A stretch of 63,907 bases of DNA, filler included, from Dirinaria sp. TL-2023a (lineage: Eukaryota), in the NCBI GenBank assembly GCA_051941275.1. It is 3 parts of 3 records of this genome, joined end to end, with 100 filler letters (N's around TTAATTAATTAA, not from the genome) between each part and the next. Parts side by side here need not be neighbours in the genome. Positions count along the whole stretch, not along the records: positions 43,787 to 63,907 come from JAVEBF010000297.1; 2 more parts are not named here. One strand, given 5' to 3'. The notes under the pieces were generated by a model that saw only the letters and a program-made list of their open reading frames with translations, was not told the origin of the DNA and searched no databases. Shown here one piece after another: positions 50,896 to 63,907 of the stretch. A program made the position numbers and the translations under genes. The number at the start of each line of letters is the position of its first letter. Positions within the stretch are counted from its first letter, which is position 1.

Positions 50896-52138
50896 TTAAC
50901 CGGCAACATCGTCAGCATGTCCCTGGATTAATCCTAGACTTTTCGCCTCATCAGTCACAAGCTGGGGAGTTTCGGCCTCAATACTCTTCCCCTTCGGGGC
51001 CCACCCCAGCAGCTTTCGAGCTCTGATAGCGCTGCCTCTGGAATTTGCTCCCCAGAGTATAGACGCATATTGTCTCAGTCGGTCGACTTCGTCAGGGGTC
51101 TTACTGATGATCTCAGCCGAGGGAATCAAGCCCTGCTTATGAGCTTCCAAAGCAACGACCTTGGACATGTCTCCCCAGACATGCGTTCCGTTCTCCACTA
51201 GGTAATATCCCTCGGCACCCCAGGTCGCTGACCCACCACCCGCCACAGCAGCTTCAACCAATTTCAAGTAACAGTCGCTAAGGTCGTTTACATGAACATG
51301 ATTCCCTAGCTCGAATAAGTAGGTGTGTACAGGACCAGGGAGCTACACTTTTCAAGCAACTGAAGAGAGGTATTTAAGCTTACAAAATGTCTTCCCAGCA
51401 CCAACTTGAAACCCTTTCTTCTCTTGAAGGATGCATTTGGTGAGATCAGGCATTTGGATACTTCGTTGACTACCTGAGCCGCGACCGTTGCCATAAATGG
51501 TTGGAGGACAAACGATGGCAGTCCTTAACGGGGATGCATTCTCTGTTTGGGCCGCCGCCAAAACGAGCTTGTCAACGTTCCGATGCGGAGCAAAATCAGG
51601 TAGAGAAGTAAGTTCCTGGACGCCGTCCCAATCATCGTAGATTTTTGTAGCAGCTTCGCCGTATGTCTTACGCTCCAAGTCTTGCCAGCACAGGATTCCG
51701 GTACCAGAGGTATGAATCAGATACCCTGGGCGATCAGGGCTGTGGGCGGATAAGCCACGGACAAACGCCTTGATTGATCCTTCATGGTCTGCGCTGGCGC
51801 AACCTGAATACGGTCAGCGCCTCAGACATTCAGCTTCGCCTGCTTGCCGCCGACTGTTCGCATACTCAAGACGATGTCCGCTTCTCTTGCCTCTTTCTCA
51901 AGTGCCTCCTCATCGTCCAGGCTTCCGTAGACCAAGCGAATCTTTGAGTATTGACTGGCAACAAGGACCCCTCTCTGGCTGTTGCGAACAAGGCATGCAA
52001 CCTCGTAATCGGGGTGGTTTTTGACGAGCTGGAAGAGAGCATCGCCCCCAATGTAGCCAGTGGCGCCTGTTCTTCGACGGCTGTTAGCCAGGCACTTCCG
52101 ATTTCCGAGTGAACATACATGAATACCTTAGGGGCCAT
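50896..52138 (-). CDS. NAD(P)-dependent epimerase/dehydratase-like (extended/atypical SDR)
   Basis: MAPKVFI|TGATGYIGGD Rossmann motif; IHTSGTGIL, TAIVCPPTIYG, VHVNDL, RARKLLGW. Confidence 0.9.
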
Positions 52139-52552
52139 TGCCTGGAAATGACTACCTGGAGTCCAGATGCTCTGGGTGAGTATATATAGAGTCGAGTAGG
52201 ATGTGCAGGTTTGACAAAGGTTTAACGAGGGGCAAGAGAGCATGTCCAGCTAGAGTGGGCAGCCCCTCTTTCCCTCTCCCCTTCCGCGGTCGTCCATAGG
52301 TCGTCATGGCCCCATCGCGTGCGTGAAACAAGTACTGCTGGCCGTGGCTGCCGACTTTGGTTACTCTGTCGTCAAATCCTCGTCTGAGAATTTTCAAGAT
52401 ACATATTATTTTAAAGTCAAGGCTAGAAAAGTTCTAAATTCTGTATATTACTCGATGGCTTTGCATGGTGTTCATCTGTGACCGGGCCCGAAGCTGTCCG
52501 CCTTCAATCGCAAGATCATGATTGCAATTCAATTTGTGTAATGATAAGAGGT

Positions 52553-52579
52553 ACAGGGACAGGGACAGGGACAGGAACA
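52553..52579. repeat. (ACAGGG)n short tandem repeat
   Basis: acagggacagggacagggacaggaaca in the SDR/THO2 divergent intergenic region. Confidence 0.7.
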
Positions 52580-53005
52580 GTAAGGTAGTCTACGACGAGA
52601 CGGGGTGGGAAAGTAAGGTACCTTACTTTGGCAATGTAAGATACCAGATTTGTCCCTAGGGTTGGGCTGGGCAGAGCCTTCTTGGCCGCAAAGGGAGGTA
52701 CCGAGATATCGAGATACTTCCCTGCCTTAACCCTTAACACCTCACATTTGGCGCTAAACCCCATTTGTGGAACTCCATTGTGAATCTTTCTGAAGCCCAC
52801 CACTCGCACCACTAGATTTCCTCTCGACCCATTCTCCCTCACCTCTTCATACTTAAGGTGTACGATCACATTGAACTCACTCACTCTAGGCTGGTATTGT
52901 CTAAAGCATTGTATTCCTCTTCGTGGCAGCGAGTTCATTTCGAGCTTCGATGCAAATTGTACGACTTCCTTGAAGCACTCCAATAGCCGTCCGGGGCATC
53001 GCAAG

Positions 53006-56000
53006 ATGGCTCCTGGCGGTGGTGGAAAGCGGAAGAGGGGCGACCGGACATTCTCCCAGGACGCAGGTCAAGATGGATCGCGACCATCTCCTCATCGCCC
53101 AGGAAACCTAAGCCTTGCTCAACAATCGAATGCAGCTCAAGCGCAGGCACAGCAGCAGCAGAATTTCAGCAGGCAGCAACACCAACAACGCGGAGGAGAT
53201 AGAAGGCGAGGAAGCCGGGGAGGTGCCGCGAACGGCCCACAGCGTAGCCCTGTCAATAGCCCCAGCGCCTTGCGATCCAATTCTCGTACTTCTACCGGTC
53301 AAGCACAGTCACCGCCCGCTACACCAAATCCCGCTCGCAACGAGCCTACGCAAACACCTTCCCTACCAACCGCAACAAAGTCAAATACTGCAGCGACCCA
53401 AACCGCGGAGTCAGAAGAGGCTTCTGCAGCATCATACTACTATGAGTACATCACGGAAGAACGGATCGCCCATTGGGGTCAAGGAGGCAAAACCCCGATC
53501 ATACAAGCCGGAATAAAAGCTCGTGAAGATGAAGATGCCGCTGCTCTTGGGATTATTTTCCAAGAACTGCTGCACTCGGGTGTCGAAGGGCGGATAGATC
53601 CGGTCGAGGCCGGTGAAACGGTAAAAGCTATACTCCAAGCTCCGATTACTGAAGGAGGTGTTGCAAAGCAAGAAGTAATTCAGCCATCGGATGCCAGTTC
53701 TTTCTTCTTGGACTGCCTAACCATACTGGCCGAATCATCCAGTGCCAGCCCAAATTTACCGACCTTGCTTGTTGCGACAGACATTTCTCCTTTGCTTATG
53801 CGACGCGAGCTTGAGGAGCCTCTGCTTGTGAAACTTGGGTTGGTCCGTAGCACATTCAAGCGCCTTGGAGCTCGCCATGTCACCAACTTACTCTACCGTC
53901 AATCAAATTACAACCTCTTGCGCGAAGAGACTGAGGGCTATTCCAAGTTGATCACGGAACTCTTCACAACCAGCAGTAGCGAAATACTATCTGATGAGCT
54001 TGTGGAAGAAACATTCGAACGAGTGAAAGGCATGATTGGGGCCTTTGACTTAGATGTAGGAAGAGTGCTAGATGTAACTCTTGATGTGTTCGCCGCGGTC
54101 TTGGTCAAGCAATACCGATTTTTTGTTAAGTTTCTACGAGCGAGCTCCTGGTGGCCAGACACCAAACCTCATCGAGGAATACCCAGTGCCGATGTATGGA
54201 AGAGTCTGCCGGATTGGGCTTTACCTCGTGCTCATCAGCATCCACTTTCAGACTCCGGAAAGCGTCACCTGCTCGAGCTGCGGGATGAACGAGACAAAGC
54301 GTTTTGGGTTCGAGCGAGAGAGCGTGGCGTAAGAGCTTTCTTCGAACTCGGTGGCAGAGGTGTCGATGAGGGCGCGCTGGAAGCTGCGCTCGCAAATGGT
54401 ACGGATTCCGAACCTTCAGAGGACGATGCAGACAAGCAATGGATCCAGCAAACCGGCACACTGCCGCCTCGCGGTAACAAAGTCGCAGCGCAAATATTAG
54501 GTTTCAAATTACGTTTCTACAGCTCTTCGGCACGGAGCCCAACTGACGTGCTTCCGGTCAACCTCATCTATCTAGCCGCACTACTCATCAAAATTGGCTT
54601 CATATCTCTCCGCGATCTGTATCCTCATCTGTGGCCCGCTGATGAAAGCATGGGTGCAGTGAGGGAAGAAAATTTGAAAGAGAAAGCCGAGAAAGAGAGA
54701 CTGAGCCGACCAGGGGGGGGTGCCATGAATGCACTCGCGTCTGCTGGAGCTCTACCGGACGACATGGCGCCACCCACCAGACTACGTGATCCGGAGAGAT
54801 TGCGAGAATCCGATGCATCTCGAAACAGTCCCGCCAAAACCGATGCCGTCGCGGACAAAAGCGGAACAGCAGGTCCAACGGACGGAAAAGAAGAGTTGCC
54901 GGAACCATTGGACCAAAAGGTGCAGCTATTGAAAAGCCTGCTCTGTATCGGAGCTCTTCCTGAAGCGCTTTACATCCTTGGTCGGTTCCCATGGCTTCCA
55001 GATGCGTTTCCAGAATTGCCAGAATACATTCACCGTATTCTCCATTACAGCTTAAATAAGGTGTATGCACCACTACGACCATTGCAAGAGTCTTCGGATC
55101 TAAGGGAACAACGCAAAGAGCCAGAATCGGACCAGTCAGGAGCTGCAAAAGGCATTCTTAAGCTTGCAGACGCCCCACCGCGAAAAATTCTGCGATGGGC
55201 GCAGCTCGACAAAGATGACACTAATGAAGGTACCGACTACCGGTTTTATTGGGACGATTGGGCCGACAATATACCTGTCTGTCAATCAATAGACGATGTA
55301 TTTGTCTTGTGCGATACTTTACTGAATTACACGGGCGTGAAAATTGGGCAGGATCCAGGACTCCTCCTCAAGCTTGCACGCATTGGCAATCATTCTCTGG
55401 CTGCCGATCCCTCAGCCACGAATACGGGTCGATGGGTTCACCTGTCAAAGCGGCTCATCGTACCGGCACTTAGCCTCACAAAATGCTTACCAGGTGTTGT
55501 AAATGAAGTCTACGAGCTTATCAAAAACTTCCCCACCATAACACGCTATTCTATCTATGCCGAGTGGTACCAAGGACAGACATCACGACTTCCGGATATA
55601 AAGGTAGCGTTTGAGCACGTTAGAGCGGAGACTAAAGATGTTCTCAAACGCATCAGCAAAACCAATGTGAAGCCAATGGCACGAGCACTAGCACGTGCGG
55701 CTTATTCTTCGCCAGGCATTGTGTTCCAGGTTGCCATTGCCCAGATCGAGTCATATGATAATCTCGTCGAGACGGTGGTTGAATGCGCTAGGTATTTTAC
55801 ATATCTGAGCTACGATGTGCTTACATGGTCAATCCTAAGTTCCCTCGGTGGTCCAGGAAGAGTCCGAGTCCAGCAAGATGGAATGCTGACGAGCCGCTGG
55901 CTTTCGGCCCTGTCTCTTTTTGCGGGGAAATTGTTTCGACGCTACGCTGTCATGAGTCCTACGCCCATTCTCCAATATGTCGCTGAGCAACTTCGGCAAA

Positions 56001-59000
56001 GCAATCCAACTGACCTAATTGTCCTAGAAGAACTCACGGCCTCGATGGCGGGAATCGTGACCGACACTAACTTCAATGAAGCGCAAGTCGCAGCGATGGC
56101 AGGCGGAGAACTCTTGAGGGCTCAAACCATGCTGCAATTGCTCGACAAACGGCACGAATCCAAGACTACCGCAAAACGACTCCTGCATGCTTTAACTAAG
56201 CCGCGACTTGCAGGTCAGTTACTGATATTGATTGCTCAAGAACGGCAAACCTGTATTTTCAAAATTCCCGAGCATAACGCCCACTTGAAGCTTCTGGGAA
56301 ATCTCTTCGATGAAGTTCACCGTGTTTTCACTCAATACCTTGACCTATTGAGGACAAACCTTTCCGTACGAGAATTCGATGACCTCGTACCTAGTGTCTC
56401 CCGCCTCATCACTGAATTTGGCCTTGAACCCTCTGTGGCCTTTGCTATCGCTCGACCAAGTATCGTCGCAGCAATGTCAGAACATGACACGAGCAGAGCA
56501 AAAGCTGAGCAGAAGAAATCCACTGTACAGGAAGCAACAGATAAGGCTGCCGAACACAGCGTCGAACTCTCCAATGGAGAAACCAAATCAGAAAATACGA
56601 CGGTTGGGCCGAAAATCGAGTCGATCTCCACCATAATGAGCGACTCCAATGGGATTGAGGCCACTGATGCCATGGATGTCGAGTCCAGTCCAGGGGAGCA
56701 TCATATAACGACAGCTAGCGCACCAAACTCCACAACTCACGGAGCCGCGAAGGAACCTTGCCATCCTGTGCTATACACAATTGCAAAGGAGCTCGAAGCT
56801 ACATTAACCGATGAGTTGTGGGATGATGCAAGCCGCTCCTTTTTCGTTACATTTTGGAGCCTCTCGCTTGGGGATTTACATGTACCTATGCCGAGTTACG
56901 AAGAGGAGACCAATCGTCTAAAGAACCGGATCACCGCGATCAGTAATGATAGACACGATCTTAGCATAGCCGGAACTCAACGGAAAGATCGCGAAAAGAA
57001 GGCTGTGAATGAGTTGCAGGAACGGCTTCGTGCTGAACTAAAGACTCGGATTGCATCTCTCACTGTGACCCGGAAAAGGCTTGCATTGGAAAAAGACCTA
57101 TGGTTCGCTGGACAAACGGCGAGACAGAACGCGCTCAACACAGCACTTCTAGAGCAGTGTTTCCTCCCCCGCATACTCTTCTCGCCTGTCGATGCGTTAT
57201 ATTCGTTTCGAATGTTTAAACATCTCCATTCTTCCGGTACCAAAAACTTCTGGAGTATGGGCTTCTTGGATCAGATATTCGCCGAGAAGCGCCTAACGTC
57301 CATCCTGTTTCTTTGCACCGCTAAGGAGGCCGAGAGTCTGGGTGGATTTCTCCATGAGATTCTGCGTGACCTCAAGAAGTGGCACGCGGACAAGGCACTT
57401 TTCGAAAAAGAAGCTTACGGCGCCAAGCAAGAATTGCCAGGATTTCTGCACAAAAAGGAGGATGATAAGACGGTATTGGAGCTGCTTCCATACGAGACTT
57501 TCCGCTACCTAGTATTCAAATGGCACAGACAGCTACACCTGGCCCTCAAGACCTGCTTCGGTAGTGGCGAGTACATGCATATTCGCAATGCGATCAACGT
57601 ACAAAAGGCTATTGTCCAGACATTTCCAGCTATCGATTGGATGGGTACTCAACTGGTCTCCGGCATCACTCTCCTCACTCAAAAAGAAAAAAGAGAGGAC
57701 CTCAAAATTGCAGCGACGTCCCTGCTTGGAAATCTTAAGCGTAGGGAGAAAGCCTGGGTACTTGGGAATGCGTTCGCTGCAGTACGCCACAAGCATTGGC
57801 TCCACCGTACACTAAGCTAATGGAATGCAGATGAATACGAAGGTAAATGTTACGAATGGAGCTCGATCAAACTCCGAAAAACCAGGCGCCTCTCAACCAA
57901 GTGCTACGGCGAAACAAGCTTTGAATCCTGAAGCAGCAGAATTCCAGCCAAACAACCGATTAAGGTGGGCAGGAACAGACCAATATGAAGAAAAGCAATC
58001 TTGCTGACGAGGAGTTTGTACAGCACTGACGGAGCCACGGAGTCTGCGAAGCCAGCATCGAAGAAGTCGCAAACGGATGCCGAAGATGGCGAGATCGAGG
58101 ATACCAAAATGGCAGATGCCGGGCCATTGCCAGAAACGATAGCTAAAAGGCAAGAATCTCTCAATGAAGTGACGAATGGTCATGAAGCTTCCAACTCACA
58201 GGCAGTGCTGCCAACGCAAATTTCTGAAGCTAGATTAACAGCCCATCCTTCGCCAAAACCAGAGACATCGAAACAGTCTGAGTCCGGTCAGGATCGCGTT
58301 CCGACCCCATCAGCAGGGACACAACAAAGGCCTTCCTTGCAGGAGGCAAAATCCCACTCGTTGGCCGTCACCGAAGGCCCGTCGCCTATTCCTCCAAGAC
58401 CGGAGGCTCCCAGAAGCATATCTGCTGTTATGAATGACAGTCGCGCTCATCATATGCTTCCTAATCGGCCAGAGCCACCACACTCCAGGATTGGTGACCA
58501 TCGTACGGGGGAGCGAGAGCTTGGTGTACGGGATCATATCAGAGACTCAAGGTATTTGGGGAGAGGCCTAACAGACGGTGCGAGGGACACATTGCACGAG
58601 AGATCCTATGAGCGTCAAACTCCTTCGTCCCAGCACAGAGGCTATGAACATAGTGATCGCCCTCCTCATATAGATCGCGAACGCAATCAACATGACTGGG
58701 CTTCTGATAAAGGCTTATCTGAGCGCCCTACTGCGGATGAGTGGCACAACGGTCCCCCACATGGCCGTGGGCTGCGTCAGACTTCCCGGAATGAGAGAAT
58801 GGAGCGGACTGGACGAGATAGATCTTCAGCAGAAGTTTACTCCAATACCCGAATAGCTGAGTTGCAGGGACAACCCAGCCGCGATGCAGGGATGGCTCCT
58901 CCGAGGTCAAACATTCCTCAGCATCCCGATCGAGCCGCTCTCATTCAACAAGGTACCCAAGATAGAGATCGACCACCCTTTGACAGTCAACCCCCAGATC

Positions 59001-60688
59001 GACGCCAGGAAAGCCGTAGATATGACGGTCACCCAACTCCAGACAGGCTGTCTCGAACCTCATCGCCAACCCGCCTTGATGATCGACGAAACACACGGCT
59101 CGAAACCTGGCGAGAGGACAGGCCACTTGCAGATACGCATCATACACCTGATAGTCAAGGTCACGGTCGTCCCACGAGATACGAAGACGCTCGTCTGCCC
59201 ACGGGTCCTCGGACCGACCGCCCTATTACTGGAAGCTTGGGGACTTCACAGGATAGACCGCGGGACTCCACGAGAAACGCGCCTATACCTCCGCCTACAA
59301 GTGATCATTATCGAAGGGGAGACCAACCATCCAACTACGGTAGCCGACAACAAGAGTCACAGTACGGTAGGCTTAATGCAGGGCCAGACATACCTTCTGG
59401 CCCAAGACTGCCCAACGGTAACACCGCTTCAGGCGGACGTGGGATGACCCGAAATGTTAGCACGCCAAATCAAACAAGTCCACAGCAGAATCAGGTCTCT
59501 TCTGCTTTGCAAAATAGTACCATGCCTGCGCCAGAGAAGCAAACACCCACAGGTCCTTCATCGCGCGGTCCTCCGAGGAATCAGCCACCGGTCACGCGAC
59601 CAGATGCCGTGCAATCGACCCCGCCAACTCCAACAACCGAGAATGTCGACACGGCGGGAGTCCATCCTGATCGGTTGAGAGCGATTCAAGGGGCCGTCGC
59701 ATCCTCCCCCACCAATGCATCTCAAAACCCCAATCACATAGGCAGGCCACAGCGCCAGCCGTTGCCACCTGTGTCAGTGCCTCCTGCAGGACAGCGAGGA
59801 CATCAGACGGCAAGTCCTGGGGACCCCTTGCCAAATTCTGCACCACCGATGCCAGGGTCAAGCGGGCCGTCACCAACAGGTCGAGGCCCTCCTACAGGGC
59901 CCTCGTTCGGGAGTGATCGAAGCAGGGTCGATAAAAGAATGTTTGCGGGTCTCCAAACACACCTCCAGCAAGCCGGAACCCCAAACGCACCTGAACGATC
60001 TCGTCAAGGGGCCAGCATACGTGGACGCGGCGGCCGGGCAAATCCATCTAGCCTGCCATCGCCATCCACCTCCGGTCCCTCAAATTTAGCTGCACCTCGA
60101 CCAGAGGCTTTCCCTGGTCATGGGGATCTCTTCGCCAACAGGCCGACTAGGAATGTGACGGGTTCGAGCATGGAGGAGGAGACGATTCATGGCAGGGGTC
60201 CAACCCATGGGGGTGCACGAGAGCAAGCCAGAGAAAACATGAGAGAACCTGGTAGGGAGGACAGAAGAGGAAGAGATGAAGGGCGGGACGATATGAGGGA
60301 CGAAGCTCGGCGGTCAGGACGTCATCGAAGCAGCCGTGATCACAGTCACGATGTCGGGCCACCTCCACCGATGCCCGCCAGGGAGGACGATAGACCGCCG
60401 AGGAGAGATGACACACGGGATCGTGCGAGGCCACCAATGCCTCCCCCGATGGAACGTGACATGAGGCGATCCACCCGAGCCGACGAGCAGCGAAGGGCGG
60501 AGTCAGACCGGAGAGACATGGAGGCCTGGAACGGCGATCGAAGATGGGGGATGGATAGGAGGGACGATAGGGATCGAAGAGATGGGGGCGGAAGCGGAAG
60601 GAAGAGGGGTCGTGTTCCAGACGAAGGGCCGATGGGACCGCATGAGCGGAGTTACGGAGACAGCAAAAGGCCGCGGAGATCGAACTAA
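53006..60688 (+). CDS. THO2: THO complex subunit 2 (Tho2/Rlr1)
   Basis: LYRQSNYNLLREETEGYSKLITEL, IGAFDLDVGRVLD, LKRISKTNVK, QIESYDNL, FWSLSLGDL, EYMHIRNAI; two short introns at ~57.8-58.0 kb; long low-complexity R/D/P-rich tail. Confidence 0.95.
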
Positions 60689-61444
60689 AGAGGGCGTCTA
60701 CCTGAGGATCGGCGCATCGGCATGGAGAAAGGTGGCGGCATATGAACGGCGTTTCAATAGCATGTTGCGGAGCGATGGATTTGATCAAGTGATAGCGTGT
60801 ATCTTCGAACTTGTGTTTGCTAGCTGCCTGTATTAGACGAGATCTGGGTAGTGGAATACGCAGAACCTGAGGAACGTGAGCATGCGAGCTTCTCGCATGA
60901 ATTAGAGAAACGGTTCAGTCTGATTTATGCTTGATTCCATTCAAGCAGTTGGGCATTCATATTGCTGAATTGCACTACTTGACCTTACGAGCACCTCATA
61001 CCTTCACCTCAGGTAAATAGCATGAGCTTTCTAGGGCTTACACAGGGTTCAATAGACAGCCAATCAATCGATCCGCCCAGATGCGTCATCCGATGCAGCG
61101 AGGAGAAAGCGAGAAATCCAATTCTAAACGAAAAACTGTAGCTTCCCCGCGCACATTCCCATCAATATTCTGCAGACTCCGAGAGCCGTCAAAAAGCAAT
61201 AATTCCTCGGGCTCGGAATCAATTGGCTACTGCGCTGTCTGCGTCACTGGCCTGCTGCAACAAGCAAATAAACTCCACCGTCGCCTCTGAAAATTTTTAT
61301 CCCCTTCACCCCACAGCACCACCTGGATCCCCGCGCACCCATTCCCTAGCGAACCACAAGTCTCTTCAACGTTCTTCACTTCTCTCCATCACGACAATCA
61401 TCTTCTAAATCAATCGTCAAAGTGCCTCGAGCACTGTCGCGTTG

Positions 61445-61644
61445 ATGAAGGGTGCGCCAACTATCTTCACCTCTCAGGTACGCTGCGCCCGTATTTCCAA
61501 ACTCCCGTACGGAATATTAGCCGCTAATGCCACTGACACAGGATTACATCTCTGGTTTGACTTCCTCCGTAGTCTCCCAATATACAATTTGGCTTACGAT
61601 ATGGATTATGAACAGACCACCTGTGGAAGGCATCGGTGAACTGA
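61445..61644 (+). promoter_or_regulatory. Arginine attenuator peptide uORF (24 aa, 3 exons)
   Basis: Exons 61445-61477, 61542-61554 and 61616-61644 give MKGAPTIFTSQDYISDHLWKASVN*, matching the N. crassa arg-2 AAP pattern (FTSQDYLSDHLW), directly upstream of CPA1. Confidence 0.93.
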
Positions 61645-61702
61645 AGCTCGCGGCCGGATGAACCAATATCTCATACCAAATCAAACAACAACTTTCACCA
61701 GG

Positions 61703-63214
61703 ATGATATCCCACTTGTTCAGAAAAGCTCCGCTTCGGCCTATGAACATTGCAAAACAACCATTCAATATTTTTCCGGCTCGTGGGCTGGCCACTGTTGA
61801 GGGCAATACGCCCCGCCATGCTCCTGTCACCAGGCCGAGAGCTACACCTGTCTCGCACGATAGAGCTACTTTCACGATTCGGGTAAACCTGAGATTTTCT
61901 GAGACGGTTATAACATCATTCGCTAATACCGGCTAGGACGGCCCAATTTTCAATGGCAAATCCTTCGGCGCCAAAGCGAATATTTCGGGCGAAGCGGTCT
62001 TTACCACGTCCCTCGTCGGCTATCCCGAATCACTGACCGACCCTTCCTACCGTGGCCAGATTCTCGTCTTCACTCAGCCCTTGATCGGGAACTATGGTGT
62101 CCCATCGTCTGCCCGTGACGAGAATGGGCTCCTTAGGTACTTCGAGTCTCCTCACCTGCAGGCTTGCGGAGTGGTTGTAGCGGACGTCGCGGAGCAGTAC
62201 AGCCATTGGACAGCGGTTGAGAGCTTGAGCGAGTGGTGTGCTCGAGAGGGAGTCCCTGCTATTTCCGGCGTCGACACTCGGGCCATTGTTACCTACCTTC
62301 GAGAGCAAGGTTCTTCGTTGGCAAGAATTACCATTGGAGAAGAGTATGATGCCGATCAAGATGAAGCCTTCGTCGATCCAGAACAGATCAATCTGGTGGA
62401 GAAGGTTAGCACCAAAGCGCCCTTCCACGTGAGTTCGCCACATGGCGACCTTCATGTAGCTGTCATCGACTGCGGAGTCAAGGAGAGTGAGTTGATGAGT
62501 TCGGACGTAAAGTGGTATATGTACTGATCCCGTCCAGACATTCTGCGGAGCCTCGTTGGCCGTGGGGCAAGCGTCACCGCGTTCCCTCATGACTATCCGA
62601 TCCATAAAGTAGCCCATCATTTCGACGGTGTCTTCATCAGCAATGGTCCTGGTGACCCGACGCATTGCCAGCAAACAATCTATCATCTCCGCAAGCTGAT
62701 GGACTCTTCCCAGATCCCCATCATGGGCATTTGCCTGGGACACCAGTTGGTAGCGCTAGCAGCTGGGGCGAAGACCATCAAACTCAAGTACGGCAACCGT
62801 GCACACAATATCCCGGCTTTGGACCTCACGACGGGGAAATGCCATATCACGAGCCAGAACCACGGGTACGCGGTGGACGTGTCGACGCTACCCAAGGATT
62901 GGAAGGAATACTTCGTCAACCTCAACGATTCGAGCAATGAAGGCATCGTCCACAAGTCCCGCCCTATTTTCGGCACCCAGTTCCATCCAGAAGCTCGGGG
63001 TGGCCCCCTCGACTCTGCGTATCTGTTCGATTCGTACCTCGACACCGTGAAGGCGTACAAGAAGAACCAGGCCTTGCTCCAGCCCATGAGGGATGGCAGA
63101 CCGAGCCCTCTACTGGTGGATATCCTCTCCAAGGAGAGGGTCGGCGTCGCGCCAACCATTGGGATGGAGAATATTCGAGCCGAGGCGAGGGTAGCCAATT
63201 TAGCTGCAGCGTAG
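61703..63214 (+). CDS. CPA1: Arginine-specific carbamoyl-phosphate synthase small (glutaminase) subunit
   Basis: Mitochondrial presequence-like N-terminus; [54 protein letters not shown]. Alternative in-frame ATG at 61658. Confidence 0.96.
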
Positions 63215-63907
63215 GTATCCGTACGAGTACATTGAAAGGAATGACTTGTGGGTGTTTCCGAGGGGTGTGTGATGGTTCCTCATTCGTTGAGTCCCGTTCT
63301 GCCTTGGATGATCTTATATATATGCCAGCTTCGTGTTTTCATCAGCAATCTATCTTCAAAAGGTCGTGACAGGATGATGTTTATTGAGCGATTGCGAAAA
63401 GGCGGAACTCCAGGGAAAAAAATGTCACTCATGACCGAAAAATTGTAGATCGTGTTGTATGTGTACCTAGATACTTTTCTCAAAAAAAAGTCTTTGCAAA
63501 AAAAAAAAAAGGAACAGCAATGGGCAGTCAAAATTTCTTTCCCTTATATCGTGAACTTTGCAACTATCGCATTCTTTTGTTCAAGAAAAGTTAAGGATCT
63601 CGTTATCATATTAACCGAATCCGACCAATTCTATTCATACCTTAGTAAGATACGATACTAGAGATTTGAATGAGAAAACTCCTCTCTCCCCCCCTTCAAA
63701 AATCTTTATCTTCTCATTTCCTCATTTCTCATTTCCTCATTTCTCCTCAATTTGCAAGATGATTTCATCATATCAAGCCCCCGGATCGCCGAAAATAATA
63801 TCTTGTAGAATGGGAAAAGTCTAAAGACGTATGTATACCCCTTCAAATCCCCCCCCCCCTCAAAAAAACAAAAAAAAAAGGGGGGGGGGGATTTGTTACA
63901 CTCAGAC

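Noticed and set aside
52871..53005. In-frame TTG-initiated N-terminal extension of THO2
   Set aside because: ATG at 53006 has a good context and a plausible basic N-terminus; nothing supports a non-AUG start.
61082..61246. Two TGCGTCA elements upstream of CPA1 as CpcA/Gcn4 sites
   Set aside because: One mismatch from TGASTCA; plausible but not supportable without conservation data.

Overview
Intron-rich nuclear DNA of a filamentous ascomycete (Pezizomycotina-type GT-AG introns with CTRAC/CTAAY branch sites); the species cannot be determined from the sequence. Two 100-nt artificial linkers (N44-TTAATTAATTAA-N44; 21808-21907 and 43687-43786) split the window, so adjacency across them is unproven. 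Left block: housekeeping genes (profilin, Got1, Ies6, Dad4, Arp5, KapC-like bZIP), a 541-bp MITE, a divergent catalase / Moco sulfite-oxidase-family pair and a membrane protein. Middle block: accessory-looking genes (class-V PLP desulfurase-like enzyme, HeLo-ankyrin protein, PTH11-like receptor, orphan O-methyltransferase, GH25 lysozyme, small secreted Cys protein, DHA1 MFS) with degenerate repeat DNA. Right block: HMT1/PRMT1, ETF-beta, a CCCH protein, an extended SDR, THO2, and CPA1/arg-2 preceded by a spliced arginine-attenuator uORF. Main leads: the catalase/heme-less sulfite-oxidase pair, the NOD-less HeLo-ANK protein, physical linkage of the Arp5 and Ies6 genes, a recurring TAAGGTA promoter motif and an apparent CpC-biased repeat mutation pattern. 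All gene models and family calls were made by eye, without database searches.
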